Below are positions 11,020-24,390 of a DNA stretch of 64,000 bases, piece by piece (within the stretch, counting starts at the first letter, position 1; every line of letters starts with the position of its first letter). The DNA is from Asterias rubens (lineage: Eukaryota): the NCBI RefSeq assembly GCF_902459465.1, contig NC_047068.1, positions 10,416,001-10,480,000 on the forward strand. Direction: 5' to 3'. A model generated the notes under the pieces. It had not been told where the DNA came from. It searched no databases and saw only the letters and a program-made list of their open reading frames with translations. The position numbers and the translations under genes are program-made.

Positions 11020-14000
11020 TCAATCCTTCTTCTTGGTCTGTCGCAGAGTGTTGACCAGGGTTAAGAGCGTTGTAGCGTACACTTGGGTAATGAGGCCTCG
11101 ATGCTCTAAACCAGGAAGAAGAACTAGAAAAACAGCTAGAATTTAAAAGAAAAGGAAAAAACTGTGTCAATTCAAGTTTCTCGATTTGCAAGTTCTTTAT
11201 AAAACCAAACATGGGATGAGAGAAAAAAATTAACTTTTATAAAGCTGGTGATTGTAGCTTCATACCAAATCAAATATTGTGTTTGTTACTTTGCCCAGTT
11301 GCGCATCAATGCAACACCAAGAGGAAAAAGTGGTTCTATAGGGAAAACCTGAAGGAGTTTGTGCCTCATAGCTCAGTTGGTGAAGCATCTGCCTGGAGTG
11401 TCAGGGGTCTTGGGTTCAAATCCCAAATGGGGGCGGTACAGAAGCGGTACAAACTGCCGTACAGCCAGGGATCAAACCTAAGTTTAGGATAACAATAATA
11501 AGAATAATTGTGGCTTCTTATATAGCGCACATGTCCGTCACTCAGTGACACTCCTGGCGCTGTAACACACAGTAATTCCTGCAAGATGTGGGACTATGTT
11601 GAATTTTGAGACCTAATCCTTGGACAGCACCATGTATTGTTCACAAGGTGCTGTGGCGCAATTTGCTGCCCCTTCTCTTTTCGATAAGTGCACCGGGTTC
11701 TTTTTCATGCGTTACACAACCCATGGAATACAACCTGGAAAGCGGCACCACGGGGATATGATCACCATAAGGAAATGTGACATTTTGTTTCAAGTAACAA
11801 GTAATAAAACACAAGGGAAACTGACCAAACATATAATTTTTATTTAAAATAATGTAAGATTTATCTCTGTTTTGGGGATGAAAACTTACACAAAAATAGC
11901 ATCAGCGAGCATTCAACGTGAAATATGTCAGTTGAAAACAGCGTTTAAAGGAACGTTACAGAACAATCTAATCATGAAGCTAATCATGATCATCCCTTGG
12001 AATATTTCTTTTTGAAATGTCATATTTGATGAGAAATAAATAATCTAATTTTGCGTGAACGTTTTATTCATTTTCTTTGCTGCATAGATGTCATGCAAAA
12101 TGTGTTATTGGTTTTTCACTATTTTCTCATGACCCAGATGATTGATCGATCTCATATATCTACAGGTTTGTCAGTTTATGTACATCGTGGATTACATAAA
12201 GTGCTTACACTGCCAGCAACTGTTTTGTCAGCAATTAACCAGTTCTGTAATGTTCCTTTAAGATGATTTTACTGTCACCAGTAAGATATTCAGTACCTTT
12301 TGGTTTACCTTGGATGAAAAAAAAATGGTAATAACACTTACCTAGAAAGTAGGTGATTAAGAGATTGGGGATGAGGTTCCCAATGAAAGCGATGACTGCA
12401 AGAATCACAACCACCAAGATGAAATACTACAAGGAAACAACCCAAATGGAGATTCAAAAAAGAATAATAGGCCTAATAGTAATAAATAATAATAATAAGA
12501 GGTATTTGTAATGAGCAAAATCAATCTTAACAGATGTTCAATGCAGCAGAGACAGTGTAAACAAAACAAAACAATATATGTACATATCCAGTGAATTATA
12601 ATAACAGGCCTGATACTTCACGGAGGCAACGAAGGCGATTGCCTTTGTGCCCCCTCGTCATTGCCTTGGTGCCCTTGAAATGCTCCAGTAGAATTTTACA
12701 ATTTCTTCATAGGGTGCCTTTTACCAAGGAGAAAGTGCCTTGGTGCCCTTGCCCTTTCAAAAACAAAGCATACAGGCCTGTTATAATAATAATGATAGTA
12801 TACTAATAACATAAACCATTTAAAAACAACAATGGGGAAAGAAATCAGAAACTAAGAGGCCTGCAGCACTGAGGCAAAGAAAGTCCAGCAAAAGCTGGTC
12901 TCTCTATGACGAGATTGTGCAGGCCAAGCCGAGCGAGAACTACTGATATTACCGGACACGCACTCAAACATATATATGCATTGCAAGACCAAGAATAAGC
13001 AAATTAGCCCCTTCAAAAGTTTCTTAAATTTTCCAATTGAAGTGCCCTTTACAAAATGAAAATGGCCCTGGCCTTTTAAAGCAAAAATTCAAGGACTATC
13101 AGGGGCATCATGGCTTGGGTTCAGAACTCCAAACACAAGGATACAAGTTCAAAGCTGCTGTGTGCCGGTTCTTTTATGGGGGGGGGGGGGGTTGAGGAGG
13201 GTTTCATGAGTCCGAAAATCTAACATTGGAGAATTTGACAATAACACAAACCTGTTTGGGTTTGACTTCTTTCATATTTTTCAGCCACTGGCACCCACGC
13301 ATTACAGTGTCCTTCCCTCTTATCAATCTGATGCACACTTGTTGATACTGACGCTGGTGTTCTGCTGTCCTGCAAGGAAAACAGAGTGAAATGCTACAAT
13401 AGTCAGTTGCTCCATAATAATAATAATAATAATAAATTCTAATATAGCACATTTCACAATAACCGTCTCAATGCTCTTTACATTTCACAGCGCCCTGGGG
13501 ATCATACAGCCCGAGCTGCCATGGCACTCCAAAGGCTTTTTCATAAACAATATCAACTTCTACCCTCGCAGGTACCCACTTATACCCCTGGATGAAGAAA
13601 AGCAATTATAGTTAAGTATCTTGCTCAAGGGACGCAAGTGTCACGACCGGCATCCGAACCCACCCTCCGGTGATTTAACCACCAGAGCTTGAATTTGATA
13701 CTCTTAACCACTCGGCCATGACACTCTCATCCGTATAATGAGCTGGTTAGCAGTGCCAGACAAACCATGGCCCAATTTCATAGAGCTGCTTAAACACAAA
13801 AAGTAGCTAAGCACAACAAAATTATATGCTTACCAGAATGAGGTTTCAGCCAAACTATTGTGTAACATAGTGCAATTTGTGACTGGTATTCTGCTCACTG
13901 CGGCTTAGTAAAAAATTGTTAAGCGAACTATTCTGCATTTAAGCAGCTCTATGAAACTGGGCAATAGGTAACTTTCAGTCATTTGTAGAGTTCTGAGCAT

Positions 14001-17000
14001 GCACATACTTCCCCAAAACAATGTGTCACAATGCATCCCCTTGTTTGCATTTATAAATGCTGTTACCCCTGGTTTTTCCAACTCTATAAAATTGAGCCCT
14101 GTCTAAATTCTCCCAGGCCTATTTTCACAAAGCTGCTTAAAACACAAAAAGTACCAAAGCTAAGCACAAAAGAATTTGGTTTCATACCAGAGTGAGGTAA
14201 CAAGCCAAAATACCTTTCTGAACGTACCATCTGTGACTGGGTGTCTGCTTAAGTTTGCTTAGCAGAAAATTGTCTGCTTAAGCATCTCTCTCAAATAAAA
14301 GTCATATTGGGAGTTAGATTTGATCATGAGAGTTACTACATATTCTTTTTCATGAAATATTTGGTAATTGACAAAGACCAGTCTTCTCACTTGGTGTATC
14401 TCAACATATGCACAAAATAACAAACCTGTGAAAATTTGAACTCAATTGGTCGTCTAAGTTGCGAGATAATAATGAAAGAAAAAAACACCCTTGTCACACA
14501 AAGCTGTTTGCTTTCAGATGCTTGATTTCGAGACCTCAAATTCTAAATCTGAGGTCTTAAAATCAAATTCGTGGAAAATTACTTCTTTCTCGAAAACTAC
14601 ATTACTTCAGAAGGAGCCTTTTCTCACAATGTTTTATACTATCAACCACTCCCCATTACTCGATACCAAGAAAGGTTTTATGCTAATAATTATTTTGAGT
14701 GATTACCAATAGTGTCCACTGCCTTTAACAAGTAATTTTTTATGCTAACAGTGATTACCAGTGTACAGTGCCTTTAACTCAGGTCCCCCCCCCCCTCCAA
14801 CCATCGTAGCTGTTTTTGTGAATCACCTTACCATTCATGAGTAGGGATGAGGTAGGAATGGAAGACTGTTGGTCCGAGGTAATCTGCAAGGCACACAAAC
14901 ATCCCAAGCAGAGAGATTGATGTCAATATCGATGGCTCCGTCCACCACATTATCCTAGACAGAAACAAAGAATGCAAAGACATCAAGTAATCAGCATTTA
15001 TATACTATTATAACACACCTCTTGCTTGTTCTGTATTCTGGTTGGCTGAAACACTGTCACTTAGGATGAACTAATATAGACTAGTGATCGTGCGCGCATG
15101 TTTTGCAGGAATAGTACCAGAGCGGGTAGTCTTTGCAAATAGTGCCCGCGGTAACAGCGCCCTCTCTTGACTTGAACTGTGAACAAAATATTATAAAATT
15201 CCTTTTTCTGTTCTTATTTGACATTTTAAGACCGAACTATGCTATAAAACACATATTGACTAGCATAATTTGGTAAGTAGTATACGTCTATTCCCCTCGG
15301 GACTGTGAGTGACCAGAAGAGGGGCCTATTTCCCTCGGCCTTCGGCCTCAGGAAATAGGTCGCTCTTCTGGTCACTCAAAGTCCCTCGTGGGAATAGACA
15401 TATATTAGTTACCTGGTTGCCAGTCAATATGTGTATAATGTTACAGGTTGGGTTGAATTGGGGCAATGATCACAGAAAAAGTCCCAACCTAAAGTACATT
15501 CATGGTACGACCTTGTAGACAAAGTACTACCAATGCAAAAGTACATTCTTGGAAGACCTTCTATCTGCAATGGACAATGGTAACCTTACAGCACTGGTCC
15601 TGCTAGACTTGAGTGCTGCTTTTGACACTGTTTAGCACAACGTCTCTCTTTCTCAGCTCCAGAATCACCTTGGCATAGAGGATACAACCCTAGCTTGGTG
15701 CAAATCGTATCTCTTCAATAGAACTCAGCATGTATGTATTGGCACCGCGATATCAGACCCTGTTGTTTTGAACTGCTCTGTGCCACAGGGGTCGATACTG
15801 GGCCCGCAGTGGTTTACACTGTACACTTTACCGATTCGTGACATCCTGAAATTTAATCTGAATTACCATGTGTACGCAGACGACACTCAGCTATACATCA
15901 CGTTTAAATCTTCTCAAGAAAACACCAATGCATCTATTACGAGACTTGAGAAATGCATCCAAGAGATTCGACCTTGGACACAACAGAACTTCCTGAAGTT
16001 AAATGATGATAAGACAGGTTCCTTCTATTTGTGTCAAGTCAACAGTTTTCAAAGGTTTCAGTGCCATACATTTCCATCGTTGATGCTCGGATAGCTCCCT
16101 CGCTGCAAGCTCGGAACTTAGGGGTTATTTTTGATTCATCGATGACACTTCAACCACACAACAACAACATCGTCCATATGTCATCATACCACATCAGGAA
16201 TACTGGTAAGATTTGCAAGTACTTGGACAAAAGTGCCACTGAAAAGGTCATTCATGCATTTGTTTTGTCTCGCCTTGACAACGACAATGCTCTTCTCTAC
16301 AGTCTTCTGAGCAACCAGATTTCCCGTCTTCAACGCCTCCAAAACACCGCTGCCCACATTGTGACACTGTCTAGAAAATCCTGTTCTATCACCCCCATTC
16401 TGAAACAACTACACTGGCTCCCTATCTCTCAACGAATCATCTTCAAGCTGATGCTCATTGTCCACAAAGCACTTAATGGCAAGGCTCCCCACTATATTTC
16501 TGAACTTCTTCAAGTTTACACTCCATCAAGAAATCTTTGATCAAGTTCCATGCTTCTCTTCATTGAACCCAAGTCTCGACACTCATAGGGTGGCAGGTCT
16601 TTTTCTTCAGCTGCGCAACACATCTGGAACTCTCTACCACTTAATCTTAGATCTTGTCTTTGTACCACACAATTCAAGTCTCTTCTAAAAACTGATTTTA
16701 TGTCACAAGTTTTGAAGGACTAGTTTTGTTTGTTTCGTTAGTTTTTGGTTTTCACTGCGCCTTGATCACCCAGCAGGGTGGATACGTGCGCATTACAAGT
16801 CTTGATATTAAAGTACTACCAATGCTAAATTCCTGGTAAGACCCTGCAGATAAAGTACTACTAATAATCATTAGACATTTATATTGCACGACTTCCACAA
16901 AAATTATCAATCGCGTATGCAGAAAAAGTACTAACCCAAAGGTACATACCTGGTATGACCCTGTAGAAGACAAAGTACTCTGTTTTCAGGTGTCAGACAC

Positions 17001-18432
17001 ACTGGGTCTTTTGGCACCAAATTCATGGTTTTGAAGACATTAATACTGCCCTTATAATGTTTCCAAGGTTAAACATTTTTAGGAAAATCATGACAACCTA
17101 CATAAAAAGCACTGTGACGATGGCAACCATTATCATAGGTTGAACCTGATCCTCCCATCTCAACCAGCGATCAAAATGAAGCAAGATGTAGCGCCATTCA
17201 TGTAAAGACTGCTCCAGTGCTGCTATCTCTTCATCCTGGAAAAAAAAACATTTTGGTGTGTCAATGAAAAGTTCCTGTATCTCCAAAAGTGTTTTTTTTT
17301 TAACTACACAGATTACCCAAAATGCTTAGTATGTATGTCCTCTGTTGCCCATCATGCCTATAGTCATGCCTAGGCAGATGTTACAACGGACAAATACACG
17401 CATCAGGCAAATCAATCGACGACATCCAAAGATCGTATGGAAAAACACAAAGAAACTAATTTCCCAAATATGTGATGAGCAGAAACAGATTTACCAAAAC
17501 AAGCCAAAATTCCCAAAAAATAAAACTTTGCATGATATAGTTGTGATTGGTGCCCCACGTATTTTGTTTTCTTTGGCACGAAATAGCCTTTAAGTTTTAA
17601 GCCATTCCATAAATGAGCAGTATTTTCTGCTTTCTCTACACAGCTTTAATTAATTGGGCCTCGACCGGAAAATTCCGTCCCATGTCCATGTCATAATAAA
17701 ACCTTATTTGGTAGTTAGGCTTCGCGTAACCCGCCTGGCCGGGCTGATTTTCTAAAATAAATTGTTGTTGAAAAAAAATATGCAAATAAAGGCATTGCAA
17801 TTGTCACTAAAGTATAATATTGTGCTGTTGGGAGGAAAAGGGGGGGCCGGGCATACATGTACAAAGTCCCTTGTTATCACAATGCCCTTTTTTTTTTTTT
17901 ACAATAGAGAAAATACCAGAAAAAAAATCAACCAGGAGGGATTTGTGATAAGGTCTTTATACTCATTATTAATAATCGAAGGGGGGCACTAAAGTTTATT
18001 TATTTTATTCATTTTGATTTGACAACTAAATACTGTGGTGAATGATTTCGAATACAACCCCCCCCCCCCCCCCCCCAAGAAAGCAAAAAAAGGCCAATCA
18101 TTTGGACCTTCCTTTGTCAAATCATACGGGTACTTCTACTTCTACTTCGATACTTGGCATAGTCCTTCAGTCAGGATATAAACGCCAAGGATAGCTGCTT
18201 ATTTTTATGTGCGGTGCCAAGTGTTGCACTGCAGGTGCATTACATACAAGGTGCGAGTAAAAAGTTGGGAGGTAGCTAAATGTATTCTGATTTCAACTGC
18301 ACTGAGCATGTACAATGTCTCCAAATTGTTAAGTATTTGTGTTCTAAACAGCCATAAGCAATTCTTATCTCTATTTATACTTACTTTTGTGTCAGCATTT
18401 GAGACCCCCATTCCTTCCGATTGTTGCGCCAT
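11020..18432 (-). CDS. ARL6IP1: ADP-ribosylation factor-like 6-interacting protein 1 (ER-shaping reticulon-like protein); exons 18432-18385, 17235-17102, 14954-14832, 13369-13252, 12426-12342, 11135-11020 (207 aa)
   Basis: Six GT-AG exons with consistent phases sum to 624 nt. Translation EIAALEQSLHEWRYILLHFDRWLRWE...EPSILTSISLLGMFVCLADYL...WTAEHQRQYQQVC...MKEVKPKQYF...IGNLIPNLLITY...LLPGLEHRGLI...KKKD* tracks human ARL6IP1 as I recall it along its whole length, ending in a di-lysine motif. Confidence 0.93.
11385..11460 (+). mobile_element. tRNA-derived SINE head in the last ARL6IP1 intron
   Basis: TAGCTCAGTTGGT and GGTTCAAATCCC boxes without a complete cloverleaf. Confidence 0.5.
11946..12261. 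mobile_element. TTAA MITE family E (AGGAAC.TTACAGAA TIR); relics at 55398-55650 and ~60950-61300
   Basis: TTAAAGGAACGTTACAGAAC...GTTCTGTAATGTTCCTTTAA. Confidence 0.7.
13415..13730 (-). mobile_element. tRNA-derived SINE with an (ATT)n tail; partial copy at 26075-26210
   Basis: A/B-box-like head (GGCCGAGTGG...GGTTCGGATGCC on -), shared core between copies, and a TAA-repeat tail at 13415-13436. Confidence 0.65.
13769..13962. mobile_element. MITE family D (GGCCCAATTTCATAGAGCTGC TIR); a copy at 62406-62970 carries a nested family-A MITE
   Basis: Terminal IR CCCAATTTCATAGAGCTGC/GCAGCTCTATGAAACTGGG; relics at about 1644 and 14115-14290. Confidence 0.7.
15555..16810 (+). mobile_element. Degenerate L2-clade LINE (RT region plus 3' tail) in ARL6IP1 intron 2
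   Basis: LLDLSAAFDTV, SVPQGSILGP, YADDTQLY, LKLNDDKT and LHWLPI motifs, with stops and frameshifts. Confidence 0.92.
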
Positions 18433-19159
18433 TTTTCAGTTTACCGTTTGTTATTATTGGCACTTCTCAAACGTTGAGGGCGCGCATCGAGATGTAGACT
18501 GTTTTTGCGGGAGGCTGGGGGGTGATTGGCAGAAGATTCTGTTCCTCCGGGGGTGTCGGTCCCTTATTACTATGGCAAACTTGTGTACAAACTTCTTCTG
18601 ATAGCGCCCTTTTGAATCATCCTCCTCCAATCTATGCTAATTTTCCATATTATGGGGACCGAATCTCCCGGCAGATAGAATTCCCTGAGACATTGCGGCC
18701 CCCCTTCCCCGCCCCTCAAAATAATATAGGCCTACGGGGAACACAATATATGTGAGTTCGATTAGCTTCCCCGGGTCGACCCCAGTGTGTGGCGTTTTCT
18801 TTTTCCGGGACAAACGTGTGCAGATAATTACCCACGTTCGTCCTGGAAAAAAAACTCGCCACACACCGCAGTTGTTATTTGTGTTTATTTACTTTTTATT
18901 ATTTTGTTTTTAGTTTATTTGTGTTTATTTACTTCTTTTTTTTTACGTTATTTGTTTACTTTTGCATTTGCTTTCTAAAATTTATGTTATTTAGTTCGTG
19001 TTTTTTGTATTCAATTGATTTTGGAAGGGGTGTTCGTTGGTGTGTTTATTTGTTTCTTTTGCTTTTGGTTTTATGGTTTTTCTTCTTTTTACCTTCAACG
19101 TTTTAAGTTTTTTTTATATAAGGGAACGAGATATTGTGCCGGTTGTCAAGATAAATCTT

Positions 19160-19690
19160 CCTCACGAAAAGAAATATATTACACTTGTTTTCCTATATCC
19201 ACTGATCAAATGGAAGCCTTTTGAAAATCAACAGGCCTGGCTGCGCTATATTCTGTACACGCTGAAGCTTATGTGTTTCAGACTCAGGAAGGCCGTACAG
19301 GTGAGAGTTGCAAAAATCCAGCCTAGACACATGATCGGACATGCGAAGATTGTGATCAACGATGATCCCCAGACTCCTTGCGGACTCATTAGGATGTATT
19401 ATTTGTTGGCCAACATTAACTGATGGAGGGTCAGTAGCACCGCGAGATGATTGTCGTTGTGTGTTGAATCTAGTTGTCACGTGCAGGTGTTTTACGGCCG
19501 TTGAGGCAAAGCTTGTTAGAAGCAGACCAAGAGTATACACCATTATGCATTCGTGTAGCCTACAAACTGCATCTTCTTTCTCCCCAGGGTTGAAGTCGAT
19601 ATACAGTTGGGTGTCGTCGGCATAAATTGCAGCATGGAGTCCTTGCAAAGTTATCACGTCTTCTAGTGGGGCAGTATACAAATCAAATTA
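19160..19690 (-). mobile_element. Degenerate L2/Crack-like LINE RT fragment
   Basis: YADDTQLY, ARSLGIIVD, RLDFCNS and KLQRVQN motifs, with internal deletions. Confidence 0.8.
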
Positions 19691-22553
19691 CAAGGGGCCC
19701 ACCACGGAACCCTGTGGTACTCCTGAGTAGGCTCACGCGAAATAATACTACTGCCCACTTTTGCATTGCAGCCTTAACTGCACATACTTCTCCAAAGTTG
19801 AGCATTTTTAATGAAAAGGAACAACAAAACGTCGCACAGAGGAAAACAAATGATATAACTACATTTAATTCGGTCTACAATGAAAGGGGGACAAATTCCC
19901 CTATCCGATAAAAAAACCCTAGCCGGCCAGGATAAAATATCCTAGGATATTCTGCCCCCCCCCCCCCCCGGACCGTTGTGGATGACGGGGACAGAGTTGC
20001 CTGTGGAAACAGGAACTGTGTACAAACTTGTTCTGGTAGCGCCCTCTTTCGAATCATCCTCGTTTTCGAACGGCTAATTAAACCTCGTGACTGACCCGTG
20101 GCAGGAGATTCTGTCCCCCCGGAGATTCGGCCCCTCCCCTAAATTTGGCAAACTTTGTACCAACTTCTTCTGATAGTGCCCTCGGGCGGGAACACCTTGT
20201 GGGTCTATGGTTCCTCACGGTGAAGTTCAAAGGTTATTTCAAGTTTGAAGCAAGATTCTGGACCTTCGGTTAGACAGAATAGAAAGGTGATTCGAATGGG
20301 GACACCAAAAATACAGCCAAACACAGAGCATAATGCTAAGAAAGGGAACGGGGCCAAATTCGGCAGTTTGGCCATGGAGGGCGCGTGTGAACTAAATTTA
20401 CATGATGCGAAACCAATAAGACGAAGTAGCTTTTCAATCTTTGTTACTAATACTATATATGATTCTTTATTCAGCCATTGACACAAGAAAAGAACATACA
20501 GACAGGTCATGTTAATGTACAACTTAAAGCATTATTGTGATCCGATGTTAGCCGTTGCAAACCCCCTCATTCGGTGAATGCAGTCAATTTTACAAAGACT
20601 GTGAGTAGACAGTTTCTGCTTACGGAACAACTCAGCAGAGCTTCTATTTCTTAAACAATGATTACCGTAAGCAAAACAATGAAAGCATGGTAGCTTGCAA
20701 ACGGGTATTGTAAGTAGATGATTGAGTGACGTAAACCCACTGTGAACGCGCGCTGTCACTATTCTTATGTTTTTCTGCTTAATAAGCTCAACACTTTACT
20801 TAGGCCGTGTCCGAATTGGTGGCTACGGCTGCGGCTACGACCGTTGCCATGGGTGTTGCTAAGGGCGCCCTATACTTCAATGCATGACGACGCGGCGATC
20901 CAGCCGTAGCCGTAGCCGTAGCCGCCAATTCGGATTAGGCCTACTGATCAACCGCGTTATGAAAATGGAACCTTTTATTATTAATAATGTTTTATGTGCT
21001 ATAGCAGCTCTATAAAATAATTATGTCTCAATTCTTATAGTTTCAAACGAATAGAGACAGATTCCTATATATAGTGCTCACTACAGGGTCAGCTGTTTAC
21101 AGTACTACAATACATGCACTAGGCTACAAACTACAGCTGCAGTGGTTTAGACTCAAGTTTGATTTCGTTAAAATGTTAGGTCTAAGCTATAATAATATAT
21201 GGGCAATTCCATGGTCAGTCGCATTAATACACTTTTCTGTGTCATTTCTTGATCTTGGTGCTAGTAGTTCTGTGTGAGATATTATTTCCACTAAGTTTAT
21301 AGACTGATCATCTTGACACCCACGGCTTTGAAGTGATGACATTAAAAATGTTGTGGACTTTGCTCTGGATGTTATTAAGATGAAAAAAGCGGCCCAGTCG
21401 CATTACACAAAAAGGACATTGAAAAATTTCACTCGTCAGCAACTTAAACATGGCAAAACCATTGTCAGTCACTACGCTCAGTCAGCATTACAGTTTTTCA
21501 GTCCATTTAGCCACGCCTACACGGAGCCCAAGCTGAGTTCTTATTTGGCAAAATTGGGTTCATTCCTTTTCAATAACTAAAAAATAAATTGGTGTCATAT
21601 GTCAGCTATAACTTCTAAGTACAAAGAAAGTTGTGAAAAAAACTTTGATTTGTTGGTGCCATGTCCATGTTTGCTTGGAATTGCCCTAATCTATTTATGA
21701 ACGTTCGTGATAACCTTCCTATAATGAGAGTGCAGAATTGATCAATAATACATAATGTTTAAATATATTTACAAAGGCAAGCCATACAATACAATAACTA
21801 AGCATATATCGCCCGTGTTCGAATATTGAAACCGTCCAAGTGCGCAATTTTGTTTCCATTAAGTGTTAAAAACACTGGACACTCTTGGTAATTGTCAAAG
21901 ACCAGCCTTCTCATTTGGTGTATCTCAACATAATATGCATAAAATAACAAACCCGGGATCATTTGAGCTCAATCCGTCATCCAAGTTGCGAGATAATTAT
22001 GAAAGAAAAAAAAAACACCCTTGTCACACGAGGCTATGCGCTTTCAAATGCTTGATTTCGAGACCTCTAATTCTAAACATGAGGTCTCGAAATCAAAATT
22101 CGTGGAAAATTACTTCTTTCTGGAAAACCACTTTACTTCAGAGGGAGCCGTTTCTCACAATGTTTTATACTACTAACCTCTCCCCATTACAATACCAAGT
22201 AAGGGTTTATGCTAAAAATTATTTTGAGTAATTACCAATAGTGTCCACTGTCCTTTAAACTAAGGTACGTTGTGTACCAAAGTGGTAAAAGAACACTTTC
22301 GGCAGTACGCCCAAGACTCACACGGTCTATTACATAACTCTTTCAATAAACAAAGAAAAGCGAGGGAAAAAAATCTATATAAAACGTACAAAGTCTCTCT
22401 ATGTTTTTCTACGAGGTATATATTATCCTTCCAAAATGCGAATTCAGACATCACGATGACTAGTCTACTCAATTGTCCCAGAGTGTTTACTGCAAGGTTT
22501 GTTTGTCGGTATGATTAAGGATGGGATAGGGACCAAGGTGCATGACGAAATGC

Positions 22554-23291
22554 TCACAGTTCAAAGTAGACACAACCCTCAATATCCTTGGAGTCAGTGC
22601 GATCGTCCTCAAGAAAGGTGACGTCATTGAGTTGACATTTCTTCTCTTTCTCGCTGCTCTGCCAAATATTAAAGGAGCGGCAACGAGTATCTGATGTACA
22701 CGCCCAGCCACAAGCAATCACACCCTCTACGGCCAGGTTGTCGATGACGTGATTGAGGGGGCAGTATTGAGAGACACGCCCATCGGGACCTAGCAGGGTG
22801 TGGTAGATTGGCTGGATAGGGACCGGCATCTCACACGCAGCTAACTTGTGGTCTGTACTCTGGCAACTTACGCTGTCAGACCAAACCCCACCGCTGTATA
22901 CAGTCATTCGGGCACAGTTCAACCCGACGTCGTTGTGTGGATCGTTTGGAATCCACCAGTTAGTAAACTTTGCAGGCTGACCTCCACACAGCCAAACTCC
23001 TTCTTGAACAGCATCAGTGCAGCCGATCCACATACCAACGCTCTCTTTCACTGCCCACTCGTAGATGAAGTGGCTTTCTTCTCTTGAGCCAGGCACTATG
23101 AGGTTGCTCCCTAGTCGCTTGCATGCCGCCTCGGCTTGCATCCAGTTCATATTCTCAGTCAGTGAGATGTAGCAAGACTGACGCCATTTTACCCAGCCAG
23201 TTGGGCAAGAGGAGAGGACGGTAACAATGCTTTGCATTGTCATCAACATCAAGAGATGAAACAGAATTGTATTCATGCTTTGAAGAAACAT
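22554..23291 (-). CDS. CTL1: secreted C-type lectin + PAN/Apple protein, intact, uninterrupted ORF
   Basis: Signal peptide MNTILFHLLMLMTMQSIVTVLS; CTLD CPTGW..W..SCY...AEAAC...WIG...C...WSD...C...CE; PAN-type C-terminus CP(L)NH...CGWAC...CRSFN...CQLN. The start could be the ATG at 23291 or the one five codons downstream. Confidence 0.88.
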   Translation of the reverse strand: MFLQSMNTILFHLLMLMTMQSIVTVLSSCPTGWVKWRQSCYISLTENMNWMQAEAACKRLGSNLIVPGSREESHFIYEWAVKESVGMWIGCTDAVQEGVWLCGGQPAKFTNWWIPNDPHNDVGLNCARMTVYSGGVWSDSVSCQSTDHKLAACEMPVPIQPIYHTLLGPDGRVSQYCPLNHVIDNLAVEGVIACGWACTSDTRCRSFNIWQSSEKEKKCQLNDVTFLEDDRTDSKDIEGCVYFEL

Positions 23292-23779
23292 TATCAAATA
23301 AACTTTTGTTGACAAATTTTGTTGCGTTATGACACGTAGCTTTACAAGGCAAGTCGTTACACTAAACAATGCTGATCAGAACTCCCTCAGTTTTGCTTGC
23401 GTTCAGTGATATGATTTTACTTCAGCGTGTTCGTGTGAGGAATCAGCTCAAAATAGTCTTCACGAAGTCGTTGATGTAAAAGATCGATAAACGCAGAGCC
23501 GTTTTGGGAATTAAAATTGTGACCTTTTCATCGGACCTGTTTATTGAATCACGAATAGAAGTCTGCTTTGAAAGGTTCGTGTTTTAAATTTGGCCTTGCT
23601 TCTATGGACAAACGGTACTGCCTATACTATGCAGCTTGGTGTCTTTTATTCTGAACCTCAAAATGATCTTTAAAGATTATCGCTTTTAGGGCCTATAGTT
23701 TTTTTTAGGCAGGGGTTCTTCCCACGCAGAGAAATCGAGGTGAAAACAAGATGGCGACTGGTGGTATATTCCATTGGGA

Positions 23780-23981
23780 CGTTCTTTATCCTTTCTCGGG
23801 CTGTCGTCTTTCCAGTTGGTGAATCTAGCAGGCTGTCCTCCACACAGCCAAACTCTTTCTTGAGCATCATCTGTGCAGCCAATCCAAAGACCTTCAATCT
23901 CTTCAACTGCCACTTTACCCAGCCAGTTGGACAATATTGCATTGTCATCAATTTCAAGAGATGAAACAGATTAGTGTTCAT
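23780..23981 (-). pseudogene. CTL2: internally deleted, 3'-truncated CTL-PAN pseudogene
   Basis: MNTNLFHLLKLMTMQ joins directly to CPTGWVK, then jumps to GLWIGCTD...WKDDSPRKD and homology ends. There are two internal deletions and the PAN domain is lost. Confidence 0.8.
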
Positions 23982-24390
23982 GGTTTGAAAATACGTTGTT
24001 ATCACACGCCACTAATCTTTGTGTAATGAACATAAACTGACACATCGAGTCTTTCATCTTGGATATCATCAAATAATGCGAGTAACAATGAGTTAAATAC
24101 ACCACTACACGTAGGTTATTCTCCGTCGTCACCTTCATCGAGTTCGATCGCTTTTGAGCAGCGTCCAAATTTATTAATGTATTGATCTAAAGTGTTCATG
24201 GGACTTAAATTTCATAACAAAAATAGCCCAATCGTTGTGAAGCTAGCGCTAAACCAGTGACCGTATAAATGATCAGGTTGCCTTTAGATACTAATGGTAA
24301 TAATAATGGCTCATTATTATCTTTCTGTCTTTGTCAGTGATGGGACGTCATTGTGAAGAGAAAACACAAGTTGGCGATATTTATAAATGT

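Noticed and set aside
18787-19423. Phe/Leu-rich ORFs resembling membrane proteins
   Set aside because: Low-complexity T-rich DNA running into a LINE fragment.
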